DNA from: an uncultured bacterium
GTDB taxonomy: Bacteria; Eisenbacteria; RBG-16-71-46
Assembly: GCA_964434945.1 (NCBI GenBank)
Contig: CAYSWZ010000073.1
Location: 13,938 to 77,937, forward strand
Length of the DNA stretch: 64,000 bases
Direction: 5' to 3'
How positions within the stretch are numbered: the stretch's first letter is position 1; each line of letters begins with the position of its first letter. The notes under the pieces are model-generated. The model saw only the letters and a program-made list of their open reading frames with translations, had not been told where the DNA came from and did no database searches. The position numbers and the translations under genes are program-made. Below, piece after piece: positions 18,340-28,578 of the stretch.

Positions 18340-20394
18340 ATGCACTCCCCGGCCCCGGCACGGACCAACCGCCTCGCGCGCGAGAAGAGCCCGTACCTCC
18401 TCCAGCACGCCACGAACCCGGTGGATTGGTATCCCTGGGGCGACGAGGCGTTCGCCCGGTCGCGCGCCGAGGACAAGCCGATCTTCCTCTCGATCGGCTA
18501 CTCCACCTGCCACTGGTGCCACGTCATGGAGCGCGAGTCGTTCGAGAACGACGGCGTCGCGGCGGCGTTGAACGCCGACTTCGTGCCGGTGAAGGTGGAC
18601 CGCGAGGAGCGCCCGGACGTCGACCGCATGTACATGTCCGCGATGCAGGCGCTGGGACAGGGCGGCGGCTGGCCGCTCAACGTGTTCCTCACCCCCGACC
18701 TCGAGCCGTTCTGGGGCGGCACGTACTTCCCGCCCTCCACCACGCTCGGCCGGCCGGGGCTGCTGCAGATCCTGCCCCAGCTCGCACGGGCGTGGCGCGA
18801 GCAGCGCGACCAGATCCGGGCGACGGGCGGGCAGGTGCTGGCGCTGCTCGGATCGCTCACCGGCGCCGGAGCCGAGCCGCGCCCGACGGCGGAGCTGGCG
18901 GACGCGTGCGCGGCGTTCCTCGAGCGCGAGCACGATGCCGCGCACGGGGGGTTCGGTGGTGCTCCGAAATTCCCGTCGCCCGCCAACCTGACCTTCCTCC
19001 TCGGGCGCTGGGCGCGCGGGGCGCGGGGCGCAGAGACCGCCCGCCGCATGGTGCTCGCGCAGCTCGAGGCGATGCGCGCGAACGGGTTGAACGACCACCT
19101 CGGCGGCGGGTTCCACCGCTACGCGACCGACCGGCAATGGGGCATCCCGCACTTCGAGAAGATGCTCTACGATCAGGCGCTGCTCGCGGACGCGTATCTC
19201 GACGGCTACCGCTCGACCGGCGACTCCCGCTGGGCCGGCACGGCGCGCGACGTGTTCGAGTACGTCGCGCGCGACTTGACCTCGCCCGACGGCGCGTTCT
19301 TCTCCGCCGAGGATGCCGACAGCGAGGGCGAGGAGGGGCGCTTCTACGCGTGGACCCCGGGCCAGCTCGCCTCCGTGCTGGGCGAGGACGCCGCCCGACT
19401 GTTCGCGCACCACTACGGCGTCACCGAGCAGGGGAACTTCGAGCACGGCAGCAGCGTGCTCCACGAGGCGCACCCCGCGGCCGATGCGGACACCGCGAGC
19501 CGGCTCGCCGACGCGCGTCGGCGGCTCCTCGCCGCACGTGCGCTGCGCGTGCGGCCGCACCGCGACGACAAGATCATCACCGCGTGGAACGGGCTCATGA
19601 TCGCGGCGCTGGCCTATGGCGCGCGGACGCTGGGCGAGCCCGCGTACGCCGAGCGCGCGGAGCGCGCCGCCGAGTTCGTGTGGACGCGACTGCGTGCCGC
19701 GGACGGCTCGCTGCTCCGGCGCTGGCGCGACGGCGAGGCCGCGTTCGCGGGCCAGCTCGACGACCATGCGTACTTCGCGCGCGGCTGTCGCGAGCTGTTC
19801 GCCGCGACGCACGAACCGTTCTGGCTCGAGCGCGCGGAGATGGTGACCGAGACGATGCTGGCGCGCTTCTGGGACGAGGAGGACGGCGGGCTGTTCGAGT
19901 CCCCGGAAGACGCGGACGGAGTCCGCGTCCGACTGAAAGACGGCTTCGACGGCGCCGAGCTCGCGGGCAACTCCGTCGCCGCCGACAACCTGTGGCGGCT
20001 CGGCATGCTGTTCGAGCGCGTGGACTGGTGCGAGCGCGCCCAGCGCTCGTTCACGTTCCACGCCGGCCGGCTCGCCTCGGCCCCCTGGGCCATGCCCCGC
20101 ATGATCGCGGCGATGGAACGCGGGGCGGTCGCACCGCGCCACGTGGTGATCGCGGGGGACCTGGAACGCGACGACACACGCGCGCTCGTTGCGGTGTATG
20201 AATCACGGCTCAGGCCGGACGAGGACCTGGTGCTGGTGGAGGAGGCGAGCCGCGGCCGGCTCGCGAAACTGGTGCCGTTTGCCGCGGAGCTGCCCATGCG
20301 GGACGGCCGCGCGACGGCCTACGTCTGCCTGGACTATGCCTGCCGGCAGCCGGTGCACGAGCCGCAGGAGCTCGCCGCGCTGCTGGACGGTTGA
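18340..20394 (+). CDS. thioredoxin-domain protein YyaL/DUF255 with six-hairpin glycosidase-like C-terminal domain
   Basis: [55 protein letters not shown] is the canonical DUF255 N-terminus. 684 aa. Confidence 0.9.
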   Translation: MHSPAPARTNRLAREKSPYLLQHATNPVDWYPWGDEAFARSRAEDKPIFLSIGYSTCHWCHVMERESFENDGVAAALNADFVPVKVDREERPDVDRMYMSAMQALGQGGGWPLNVFLTPDLEPFWGGTYFPPSTTLGRPGLLQILPQLARAWREQRDQIRATGGQVLALLGSLTGAGAEPRPTAELADACAAFLEREHDAAHGGFGGAPKFPSPANLTFLLGRWARGARGAETARRMVLAQLEAMRANGLNDHLGGGFHRYATDRQWGIPHFEKMLYDQALLADAYLDGYRSTGDSRWAGTARDVFEYVARDLTSPDGAFFSAEDADSEGEEGRFYAWTPGQLASVLGEDAARLFAHHYGVTEQGNFEHGSSVLHEAHPAADADTASRLADARRRLLAARALRVRPHRDDKIITAWNGLMIAALAYGARTLGEPAYAERAERAAEFVWTRLRAADGSLLRRWRDGEAAFAGQLDDHAYFARGCRELFAATHEPFWLERAEMVTETMLARFWDEEDGGLFESPEDADGVRVRLKDGFDGAELAGNSVAADNLWRLGMLFERVDWCERAQRSFTFHAGRLASAPWAMPRMIAAMERGAVAPRHVVIAGDLERDDTRALVAVYESRLRPDEDLVLVEEASRGRLAKLVPFAAELPMRDGRATAYVCLDYACRQPVHEPQELAALLDG

Positions 20395-20404
20395 GGAACC
20401 GTCG

Positions 20405-22297
20405 ATGGGAGAGGGCATGGAGCTGGCGGGGAGGGGGGTGCGCGGGATGTCGGGGTGGGTGAAAGCAGCATGGCTCGCCGGGTCGGTGGTGGCGTGCCTC
20501 GCATGCCGCGTGGACGTTGCGCGTGCGCAGGCGGGCGGTGCGCCGCCGCCACCGGAGAAGCTCGTGCAGGTCACCGCCGCACCGGTCGAGGTCGCCGCCG
20601 GCGGCTCGGCGGGCGTGACCGTCCACCTGGTGCTCCTGCCCGGGTGGCACGTCAACGCGAATCCGCCCGCGCTCGAGTACAACATTCCCACCCGGGTGAA
20701 GCTCGAAGCGGCCGCGGGCTTGAGCGCCGGCGCGCCGCGCTACCCCAAGGGCACCTCGCACAAGTTCGAGTTCGACGAGACGCCGCTCCTCGTCTACGAC
20801 AGCGCCGCCGACGTCCAGGTTCCGCTCACGGCCGCCGGCTCCGCCGCAGTGGGTGTGCACTCGCTCGGCGGAACGGTCGAGTTCCAGGCCTGCAACGACC
20901 AGGTCTGCCTGCCTCCTGCGTCGGTGCCGTTCACGGTGCAGGTCACCGTCCGCGCGGGCGGCGGCGCGATCACCGCGCCCGTGGCGCCGGGGCCGGGGGC
21001 GGGTGCTCCCGCGACGGAGGGCAACACCTCGTTCAGCACCGCGGCGCCGGTCGGCAGCAGCGGTGCGGCGGTCGCGAAGAACAGCCTCGAAGCGGCGCTC
21101 GCGCAGGGCGGGCTCGGCTGGCTGCTGGCGCTGTTCGTGGGCGGCCTGCTCCTCAACCTCACTCCGTGCGTTTTTCCCATGCTCGGCATCACGGTCAGCA
21201 TCTTCGGGGCGCGCCGCAAGGAGCCGCTGCCCAAGGTGCTCAGCACCGCGCTCCTCTACGTGCTCGGGATCTGCGTCACCTACACCGCGCTCGGCGTGGT
21301 GGCGGCACTGACCGGAGGATTGTTCGGCTCCGCGCTCCAGAGCATCTGGGTGAACGTGGTGCTGGGCGGGCTCATGCTCGTCCTCTCGCTCAGCATGTTC
21401 GGGCTCTACGAGATGCAGCCGCCGGCGTGGCTCATGGACCGGCTCGGCGGCGCGCAGGCCACGAACTTCGCGGGCGCGTTCCTGTCCGGGCTCGGCGTCG
21501 GGATCATCGCCGCGCCCTGCGTCGGGCCGTTCGTGGTCGCGGTGCTGGCGTTGATCGCGCAGCGGGGCGACGTGGGCTTCGGCGTGCGCACGATGTTCAC
21601 GCTGTCGTTCGGGCTCGGGTTCCCGTACCTCTTCCTCGCCACGTTCTCGAACCTGCTGCAGGCCCTGCCGCGTTCCGGGGACTGGATGGTGTGGGTGAAG
21701 CACGGCTTCGGCACGCTCATGGCGGCGATCGGGCTCTACTACCTGTGCATCGGATTCGCGCCCGACCTGGCGCCGTGGGTGCTGCCGGTCGGGCTCGCGG
21801 TGGGCGGCTTGTGGCTCGGCTTCCTCGACCGGAGCTCGGGCGCGAAGGGGGCGTTCAAGACGTTCACGCAGGTTGCGGGCGGCGCGGCGCTGTTCGCGGG
21901 CGTGATGCTCGGGGTGCAGATGTTCCAGGCCGCGGCGCGCACGCTCACGTTCAAGCCGTTCGACCCGGCGGCGGTGGCCTCGAGCGTCGCCGCCGGCCGG
22001 CCGGTCATGGTGGAGTTCTCCGCCGACTGGTGCCTGCCGTGCCACGAGCTGGAGTTGAACACGTTCGCGAACGAGCGCGTGGTCGCCGCGGCGCACCGCT
22101 TCGACCGTTACCACGTGGATCTCACCAAGTACGACACGCCCGAATCGGAGGCGACGCGCAAGCGCTTCGACATCCACGGCGTGCCGACCGTGGTGTTCCT
22201 CGGGGCCAACGGGAAGGAGATCCCCGGCACGCGCGTCGAGGGCTTCATGGCGCCCGACGCGTTCCTCGGCCAGCTGCGGAAGGGCGGGGGAAGTTAG
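20405..22297 (+). CDS. dsbD: thiol:disulfide interchange protein DsbD-like (N-terminal domain, CcdA-type membrane core, C-terminal thioredoxin)
   Basis: QACNDQVCLPP in the N-domain. Membrane cysteines LNLTPCVFPMLG and IIAAPCVGPF. C-terminal FSADWCLPCHELE. Alternative start at 20447 (MSGWVKAAWLAGSVVACLA, preceded by GAGGGGGG). Confidence 0.85.
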   Translation: MGEGMELAGRGVRGMSGWVKAAWLAGSVVACLACRVDVARAQAGGAPPPPEKLVQVTAAPVEVAAGGSAGVTVHLVLLPGWHVNANPPALEYNIPTRVKLEAAAGLSAGAPRYPKGTSHKFEFDETPLLVYDSAADVQVPLTAAGSAAVGVHSLGGTVEFQACNDQVCLPPASVPFTVQVTVRAGGGAITAPVAPGPGAGAPATEGNTSFSTAAPVGSSGAAVAKNSLEAALAQGGLGWLLALFVGGLLLNLTPCVFPMLGITVSIFGARRKEPLPKVLSTALLYVLGICVTYTALGVVAALTGGLFGSALQSIWVNVVLGGLMLVLSLSMFGLYEMQPPAWLMDRLGGAQATNFAGAFLSGLGVGIIAAPCVGPFVVAVLALIAQRGDVGFGVRTMFTLSFGLGFPYLFLATFSNLLQALPRSGDWMVWVKHGFGTLMAAIGLYYLCIGFAPDLAPWVLPVGLAVGGLWLGFLDRSSGAKGAFKTFTQVAGGAALFAGVMLGVQMFQAAARTLTFKPFDPAAVASSVAAGRPVMVEFSADWCLPCHELELNTFANERVVAAAHRFDRYHVDLTKYDTPESEATRKRFDIHGVPTVVFLGANGKEIPGTRVEGFMAPDAFLGQLRKGGGS

Positions 22298-22445
22298 ACG
22301 GCGCTCGGGGATTCGGCATCAGCGTCGCAAGACTCGTCGGACCAGGCTCCACTGCGACGTTCAGGATCGACTTGCTCGGCGCGCAAGCGTGGCGGAAGGC
22401 GTTGTAACTCACCCTGTCTCGGTCACATCGCCCCGAGGTGGATAA

Positions 22446-25187
22446 TCACTTGACGATCGCGACGCGTTGCCGCAAGTCGGCTCCCGGGCCCTGCAGGCGG
22501 GCGAAGTAAAGCCCGGCTGCGAGCCCCGTGGCGTCCAGCCGGGCCGTGTGACGCCCGGCCTCGCACACGCCTTCGAACACCGTGCTCACCACGCGCCCCT
22601 GCACGTCGAGCAGCGTGAGCCGCATCGGGGAGCGCTTCGGCACCGCATAGGTCAGCGTCGCGCGGCCGTGCACCGGGTTGGGCGCCATCGGCCCCAGACT
22701 GAACGCGGTGCCGGAACCTGGCGGATCCACCGCCAGCGTGCCGTCCCCGATCGTGAACCCGGCGTCGCTGAGGTCGCTGCCGATGCTGCCCGTGTAGTCC
22801 CGGGCGTCCACGCGGAGGTAGCACGTGCCGGATGAAGCAGGAGCGGAGACGGTCCAGTCGTACACGCCCGTGTTGGGTGCTCCGGCGGCGAGCAACTCCC
22901 AAGGTCCCGTGGCGCCGTTGCGCGAGAGGTAGACGTCAACCGACTGTACTCCTGGTACCGGCGCGCTGCTGCTCCACGACAGGTGGCACGTTGTGCCAAT
23001 GACGATTCCCTCGCCGCCGTTGGGTGAGAGCACGTTGACCGCAGGGGGCGATCCGCCAGCCGGCAGGATGCGGGCGACACCTCGTACGGGTTGTCCGCCG
23101 ATGCTGCTGAAGAACCCGCCGGCGTACACCGTGTCTTCCGACGCAACCAGCGCCCAGCTCCCGTGGTTCGCACCGGGGTTCCATGCGGTCGCCAACCCGT
23201 TCGTCGCATCCAGTGCCGCGATGGCGTTCCGCGCCTGCCCGCCAATGCTCACGAACAATCCGCCCGCGTACACCGTGCCTCCGGACGCCGCCAGCGACCA
23301 GACGTCGGAGGCCGCGTTCGGGTCCCATGCCGTCGCCAAGCCGCTCGTCGTATCCAATGCCGCGATGTGGTTCCGCGTCTGCCCACCGATGCTCGTGAAC
23401 CTCCCGCCCGCGTACACCGTGCCCCGCGACACCGCCAGAGCACTGACATAGTTGTCCGCGTGCGGGTCCCAGGCTGTCGCCAGCCCGCTCGTCGTATCCA
23501 ATGCCGCGATGTGGTTCCGCGCTTGCCCACCGATGCTCGCAAACCCCCCGCCCGCGTACACCGTGCCCCCGCACACCGCCAGCGCAGACACGTTACCGTC
23601 CGCTCCAGGGTTCCATGCGGTCGCCAGCCCGCTCGTCACACCCAGCGCCGCGATGCGGAGCCGCGCTTGCCCACCGATGCTCGTGAACCCCCCGCCCGCG
23701 TATACCGTGCCCCCGGACACCGCCAGCGCCGTGACAGTGTTGCTTGCCCCCGGGTTCCAGATCGTCGCCAGCCCACTTGCCGGGTCCAGTGCCGCGATGT
23801 TGTTGCGCGTTTGCCCGCCGATGCTGACGAACAATCCGCCCGCGTACACCGCGCCTCCGGACGCCGCCAGCGCATAGACGCCTCCGCTGACGCCTCCGTC
23901 CGCGCCCGGGTTCCATGCGGTTGGCTGCCCGGTCGTCACATCCAGTGCGGCGAGGTTCCCCCGCTCCCGCGCGCCCAGGATGTTGAAAGACCCGCCCACA
24001 CAGACGACACCTCCCGAGACCGCCAGCGCGGAAACGTTGTCGTTCGCGCCGGGAGGGTCCCAAGCCGTCGCCAGGCCGCTCGCCGAATCGATAGCCGCGA
24101 AATTGTCTCGCGCCTGTCCGCCGATGCTCGTGAACTGTCCGCCCGCGTACACCGTGCCCCCGGATACCGCCACTGCGTAGACGGCTCCAATCGTCGGGAT
24201 CGGAGGGCCCGGGTTCCAATTCGTCGCCAGCCCGGTCGTCGCATCCAGTGCGGCGATGCAGCTCCGCGGCTGCCCGCCGATGCTGGAGAAGTGTCCACCC
24301 GCATACAGCGTGCCTCCCGAGACCGCGAGAGCCATGACCTGTCCGTCCGCGCCCCAGTTCGATGTGCTCCCCAGCGCCAGCCCGCTCGTCGCGTCCACCG
24401 CCGCGATGTAGAGCCGCGGCTGCCCGCCGATGTCATGGAAGCTCCCACCCACGTACACGGTGCTGCCCGAGACCGCCAACGCCTGGACAAAGTTGCCCGC
24501 GGTCGGAGCGGGGTTCCATGCGGTCACCAGCCCTGTCGTCGCATCCACTGCCGCGAGATTGCTGCGCGCCTGCCCGCCGACAGTCTGGAAGGCCCCGCCC
24601 GCGTACACAGTGCCCCCGGAGACGGCCAGCGCCATGACCCAGCCGTTCACGCCCGGGTTCCACGCCGTCGCCAGCCCGCTCGTCGTATCCAGTGCCGCGA
24701 GGTTCTGTCGCGCCTGCCCACCGATGCTCGAGAAGCTCCCCGCTGCGTAAACCGTCGGGCCGCTCACAACGAGGGCGGACACGAGGTTGTTCACCCCCGG
24801 GTTCCAGCCGTCCAGCGTGCCATCCGCGCGAATGTGCGCCAGGTTGTTGCGCGCCACCCCCGCCACGCTCGTGAACCTTCCCGCGACGTACCAGCCGCCC
24901 GAACCATCCGGGGCCACGGCCGTCACGGTACCGTTGACCCGCGGCCATGCCGGGGCCGGGGCGCCGGTCGCAGCATCGAGCGTGGCGAACCCACCCGTGA
25001 TCGCGCCGACATGGGAGAAAGTGCCCCCGATGTACAGCGTGTTGCCTGCAAGGGCCATGGCGTACACGTCCCCATCCGTGACCCACAGGTTTGGGTCCGC
25101 GACCTGCGCGAATCCGCGGCCCGGTGAGAGTGACGTGACGACGAGCAGCGTTGCGATAAGGGCAGGGCGACGAAGCCAGGGCATCAT
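22446..25187 (-). CDS. secreted ~14-blade beta-propeller repeat protein with Ig-like domain and T9SS/FlgD-like C-terminal sorting domain
   Basis: Start MMPWLRRPALIATLLVVTSLSPGRGFA, preceded by GGGAGG. About 14 repeats of ~47 aa (TVYAGGxFxSIGGQxRNxIAALDxxSGLATAWNPxA). C-terminus PNPVHGRATLTYAVPKRSPMRLTLLDVQGRVV...AGLYFARLQ...VAIVK. The 66 extra N-terminal residues of the track ORF are rejected. Confidence 0.85.
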   Translation of the reverse strand: MMPWLRRPALIATLLVVTSLSPGRGFAQVADPNLWVTDGDVYAMALAGNTLYIGGTFSHVGAITGGFATLDAATGAPAPAWPRVNGTVTAVAPDGSGGWYVAGRFTSVAGVARNNLAHIRADGTLDGWNPGVNNLVSALVVSGPTVYAAGSFSSIGGQARQNLAALDTTSGLATAWNPGVNGWVMALAVSGGTVYAGGAFQTVGGQARSNLAAVDATTGLVTAWNPAPTAGNFVQALAVSGSTVYVGGSFHDIGGQPRLYIAAVDATSGLALGSTSNWGADGQVMALAVSGGTLYAGGHFSSIGGQPRSCIAALDATTGLATNWNPGPPIPTIGAVYAVAVSGGTVYAGGQFTSIGGQARDNFAAIDSASGLATAWDPPGANDNVSALAVSGGVVCVGGSFNILGARERGNLAALDVTTGQPTAWNPGADGGVSGGVYALAASGGAVYAGGLFVSIGGQTRNNIAALDPASGLATIWNPGASNTVTALAVSGGTVYAGGGFTSIGGQARLRIAALGVTSGLATAWNPGADGNVSALAVCGGTVYAGGGFASIGGQARNHIAALDTTSGLATAWDPHADNYVSALAVSRGTVYAGGRFTSIGGQTRNHIAALDTTSGLATAWDPNAASDVWSLAASGGTVYAGGLFVSIGGQARNAIAALDATNGLATAWNPGANHGSWALVASEDTVYAGGFFSSIGGQPVRGVARILPAGGSPPAVNVLSPNGGEGIVIGTTCHLSWSSSAPVPGVQSVDVYLSRNGATGPWELLAAGAPNTGVYDWTVSAPASSGTCYLRVDARDYTGSIGSDLSDAGFTIGDGTLAVDPPGSGTAFSLGPMAPNPVHGRATLTYAVPKRSPMRLTLLDVQGRVVSTVFEGVCEAGRHTARLDATGLAAGLYFARLQGPGADLRQRVAIVK
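23043..25100 (-). repeat. tandem 141-bp coding repeats (beta-propeller blades)
   Basis: GTCGTATCCAATGCCGCGATGTGGTTCCGCG recurs at 23347 and 23488 (141-bp period). Similar units run through the whole interval and create open frames in all six phases of the track. Confidence 0.8.
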
Positions 25188-25573
25188 GAGCGACCTCCCA
25201 TGGTCATGGGGCGGGGGTGCAGATGGCCTGGGGGGCGGGGATCTTGAGGCATCCCTTCTGCTCGGCGTGGAGTACGTGCGATGAAGCGGCTGAGCCGTGC
25301 TTTGACGTGGTACCCCTTGCGGGGTCCACCAAGCGCTGCACGCGGTCCATGCCGCACGCAGGTCAGCCATCGAGCATGTTGGCATTGACGTTCAGCGTGC
25401 GGAAGTCAAATCTGCCTGTTCACCGACTTCAAGCACAGATCGCAGGTCGGCCAGCGATGCCCAAGTAGCACTCAGTGGCATTGCACTAGCGGCGCAAGGT
25501 CGGACGCTGCGGGCTTCCACAGGGGACTCTGCGCCGCAGCCCGACGGACCAGGTCCGAACCGCCGAAACCCAT

Positions 25574-26344
25574 CTACTCCTCGTCCTCCACGTTCGCCGC
25601 GGACCGCAGCGTGTCTCGGTCCGGGATCAGGAAGCGTCCGCTCCCGGTCAGGAGCACGCCCTGGCGATTCCAGCGCGACATCACGCGGATCGCCGATTCG
25701 ACCGTGGTCCCCACCAGTTCGGCGATCTCCTGGCGGGAGAGCGCCAGCGGGATCTCGGTGCCCTCCGCGGTCTGCCGGCCGAGCCGGTCGGCGAGCGAGA
25801 GGAAGAGCGTCGCCACGCGCGCGCCGACGCGCTTCCCGTGCATGGCCGCCAGCTTGCGCGTGAGCGCCATGTTGAGCCGCGTCATCTGGAGGATCATGCC
25901 GCGGGCGAAGCCGGGGTCCTTGTCGATCAACTCGAACCAGTCGCGGCGGGGAAGCCGCAGGAGCAGCGTGGGCTCCATCGCGATGGCGGTGGCGGGATAG
26001 GGGATCTGGTTGTACACCGCCACGAGCCCCGCCGTTTCCGTGGGGCCGAACATCTCGAGAATGATGTCGCCGCTGTCGGCGTGTCGCACGATCTTGACGC
26101 GCCCGGTGACCACCACGCAGAGATTCTCCGCGGGGTCGCCGGCGTGCCAGAGCGCATCGCCCTTCTCGAGCTGCTGAAGGGTCGCGAGCGCCGCCACCCG
26201 CGCCCGAAGCGGCGCCGGGAGACCGGCGAACATGGGCAGCGTGGCCAGTGCCTGGCGCAATTGATCGGAGTGCGTGCTCGTCACGGGGCTCCCAAGGTCG
26301 GTCGTGGGCCGCGGAGCATGCCCGAGGGCCCGGGCCGGCGGCAA
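25574..26344 (-). CDS. Crp/Fnr family transcriptional regulator
   Basis: cNMP-binding-like beta-roll ([40 protein letters not shown]) and a C-terminal HTH ([30 protein letters not shown]). No N-terminal Cys cluster. Alternative GTG start at 26284. Confidence 0.85.
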   Translation of the reverse strand: MPPARALGHAPRPTTDLGSPVTSTHSDQLRQALATLPMFAGLPAPLRARVAALATLQQLEKGDALWHAGDPAENLCVVVTGRVKIVRHADSGDIILEMFGPTETAGLVAVYNQIPYPATAIAMEPTLLLRLPRRDWFELIDKDPGFARGMILQMTRLNMALTRKLAAMHGKRVGARVATLFLSLADRLGRQTAEGTEIPLALSRQEIAELVGTTVESAIRVMSRWNRQGVLLTGSGRFLIPDRDTLRSAANVEDEE

Positions 26345-26382
26345 TCCCGGCCAATCCGGGCGACGGACGAAATGCGCCCCGG

Positions 26383-26396
26383 ATGACGGCCGTCAT
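26383..26396. promoter_or_regulatory. candidate Crp/Fnr-type box ATGAC-GGCC-GTCAT
   Basis: Perfect 5+5 palindrome with a 4-nt spacer in the divergent crp/hemerythrin intergenic region, centred 41 nt upstream of the hemerythrin ATG. Confidence 0.45.
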
Positions 26397-26430
26397 GTCG
26401 CGCGGCCCCGGCGCGGACGAAGCTCCGGAC

Positions 26431-26949
26431 ATGACGCAACGCCCCATCCTCCGCCCGACCCGGTCGCCCTTCTCGCGATTGCGCGCCGAACACCGGCGCG
26501 CGCTGAATCTGCTTCGGAAGTTCGAGCGTGCGCTGGGCGAGGACTCACCCGACGAGCGCTCTTTCCCCGCCATCGCCAGCTATCTCGCGGGCCCGTTTCG
26601 CACCCACCTCGAGGTCGAGGAGCGCGTCGTCTTCCCGGTCCTCGGCGAGAACCTGCCGGAACTGGCGCTCGCGCTCGAGCCCCTGCGCGAGGATCACGCG
26701 TCGATCCGGGACATGAGCGAGAGCCTGCGGGTGCTGCTGTCCCGGCCAGGCGCCCCGCGCCGTGCCGAGCAGCTGCTCGTCCTCGGCCGCGACCTCACGG
26801 ACCTGATCCGGCTCCACGTCCGGAAGGAAGAGCGTACGGTGCTGGACTGGAGCGAGCGGGTGCTGCCGGCCACCGTCCTCATCGAGCTCGCGCACCGGAT
26901 CGCCCACGCACTGGCCCCGGGCGAAGCTCGCAACCCGGAGCATTCATGA
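26431..26949 (+). CDS. hemerythrin-like domain protein
   Basis: Helical protein with His/Glu spacing typical of the hemerythrin cation-binding domain ([51 protein letters not shown]). Located directly upstream of nirK. Earlier Met codons (26383, 26395) lie inside the palindromic box. Confidence 0.7.
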   Translation: MTQRPILRPTRSPFSRLRAEHRRALNLLRKFERALGEDSPDERSFPAIASYLAGPFRTHLEVEERVVFPVLGENLPELALALEPLREDHASIRDMSESLRVLLSRPGAPRRAEQLLVLGRDLTDLIRLHVRKEERTVLDWSERVLPATVLIELAHRIAHALAPGEARNPEHS

Positions 26950-26985
26950 GAGATGCGCGCACGCCCCAGCGCCCACGGCGCGGGC

Positions 26986-26999
26986 ATGACCCACGTCAT
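26986..26999. promoter_or_regulatory. candidate Crp/Fnr-type box ATGAC-CCAC-GTCAT upstream of nirK
   Basis: Same half-sites as 26383-26396, centred 85 nt upstream of the nirK ATG. This is compatible with a -41.5 class II activator site plus a ~45-nt leader. Confidence 0.45.
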
Positions 27000-27077
27000 A
27001 CGGCGGAGATGCGCGGACGACTAGGTTTTCCTCCAACACCGACTCGCGACAGCTCACCTCCAACCTCGGAGATCGCC

Positions 27078-28559
27078 ATGGCCGTGAACCGTTCGGTCAT
27101 CCTCGAACGCCTCCTGCCGCCGTTCCTGCTCGTGTCCTGCCTTGCCGTCGCCGCCGCGACCACCGGGTGTTCCGGCCGAGCCGGCGACGACGGCCCCTCG
27201 TCGCTCGCGGCCCGGCAGGCCGCGGTGAGCGACAGCGAGATCGCCACGCTCACCGATGCGCCCAACGTGCCGCCGCCCATCACGCGCAACCACGCGACCC
27301 GGGTGATCGTGCGGCTCGAGGTGCGCGAGGTGGTCAAGCGCATCGCCGACGGGGTGGACTACACGTTCTGGACGTTCGGGGGCTCGGTGCCCGGCAAGTT
27401 CATCCGCGTGCGCGAGGGCGACGAGGTGGAGTTCCACCTCCGCAATCACCCCGACAACAAGATGCCGCACAACATCGATCTGCACGCCGTCACCGGACCG
27501 GGCGGCGGCGCCGCGTCGTCGTTCACCGCACCCGGGCACGAGTCGGTGTTCTCGTTCAAGGCGCTCAATCGCGGGCTGTTCATGTACCACTGCGCCACGG
27601 CGCCCGTCGGCATGCACATCGCGAACGGCATGTACGGCATGATCCTGGTGGAGCCCAAGGGCGGCCTGCCCAAGGTGGACCGCGAGTACTACGTCTGCCA
27701 GGGCGACTTCTACACCAAGGGCCGGAACGGCGAACCGGGCCTGCAGCCGTTCGACATGGAAAAGGCGATCCGCGAGCAGCCCGAGTACGTGCTGTTCAAC
27801 GGCGCGGTCGGCTCGTTGACCGGTGACAACGCGCTCAAGGCGAAGGTCGGGGAGACCGTGCGCCTGTTCGTCGGCAACGGCGGTCCGAACCTGGTGTCGT
27901 CGTTCCACGTCATCGGCGAGATCTTCGATGCCGTGTACGCGGAGGGCGGCGGAACGAAGAACACGAACGTGCAGACGACGCTCATCCCGGCCGGGGGCTC
28001 GACCATCGTCGAGTTCAAGACCGAGGTGCCGGGCACGTTCATCCTCGTGGACCACTCGATCTTCCGCACGTTCAACAAGGGCTCGCTCGGCATGCTCAAG
28101 GTGGAGGGCGCGGACGACAAGGTGGTGTACTCGGGCAAGCAGTTCGACGAGGTCTACCAGCCCGAAGGCTCCGCGATCCAGTCGATCGGCGAGGCGCCAC
28201 GCGCCCCGGTGGCGGCCACGAAGGCGGAGCGCATGGAACAGGGCAAGCGCGTGTTCAACTCCATCTGCATCGCATGTCACCAGCAGAGCGGCCAGGGCAT
28301 CCCGGGGGCGTTCCCGCCGCTCGCAGGCTCCGACTTCCTGAACGCCGACAAGGGCCGCGCGATCGGCATCGCGGCGGGCGGCCTGTCGGGTCCGGTGCAG
28401 GTGAATGGCAAGCTGTTCAACAGCCAGATGCCGGCGCTGAATCTCTCCGACGAGGACGTGGCGAATGTGCTCACCTACGTGTACAACACGTGGGGGAACG
28501 CGGGCTACGAGATCAAACCCGCCGAGGTCGCCGCGGTGCGCGCAGCGAAGAAGAAGTAA
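27078..28559 (+). CDS. nirK: copper-containing nitrite reductase NirK with fused C-terminal cytochrome c domain
   Basis: Lipoprotein-like signal [15 protein letters not shown]. Cu ligand motifs HNIDLHAV and [25 protein letters not shown], plus VDHSIFR. C-terminal [11 protein letters not shown] heme site with a downstream Met (NSQMPAL). Confidence 0.92.
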   Translation: MAVNRSVILERLLPPFLLVSCLAVAAATTGCSGRAGDDGPSSLAARQAAVSDSEIATLTDAPNVPPPITRNHATRVIVRLEVREVVKRIADGVDYTFWTFGGSVPGKFIRVREGDEVEFHLRNHPDNKMPHNIDLHAVTGPGGGAASSFTAPGHESVFSFKALNRGLFMYHCATAPVGMHIANGMYGMILVEPKGGLPKVDREYYVCQGDFYTKGRNGEPGLQPFDMEKAIREQPEYVLFNGAVGSLTGDNALKAKVGETVRLFVGNGGPNLVSSFHVIGEIFDAVYAEGGGTKNTNVQTTLIPAGGSTIVEFKTEVPGTFILVDHSIFRTFNKGSLGMLKVEGADDKVVYSGKQFDEVYQPEGSAIQSIGEAPRAPVAATKAERMEQGKRVFNSICIACHQQSGQGIPGAFPPLAGSDFLNADKGRAIGIAAGGLSGPVQVNGKLFNSQMPALNLSDEDVANVLTYVYNTWGNAGYEIKPAEVAAVRAAKKK

Positions 28560-28578
28560 CCGGGGGGAGGGCGAGAGG

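Noticed and set aside
23043-25100. A regular 141-bp repeat array that could superficially suggest a CRISPR or satellite locus.
   Set aside because: The units are contiguous with no unique spacers, and they are in frame within one long ORF encoding propeller blades. No cas genes are present.
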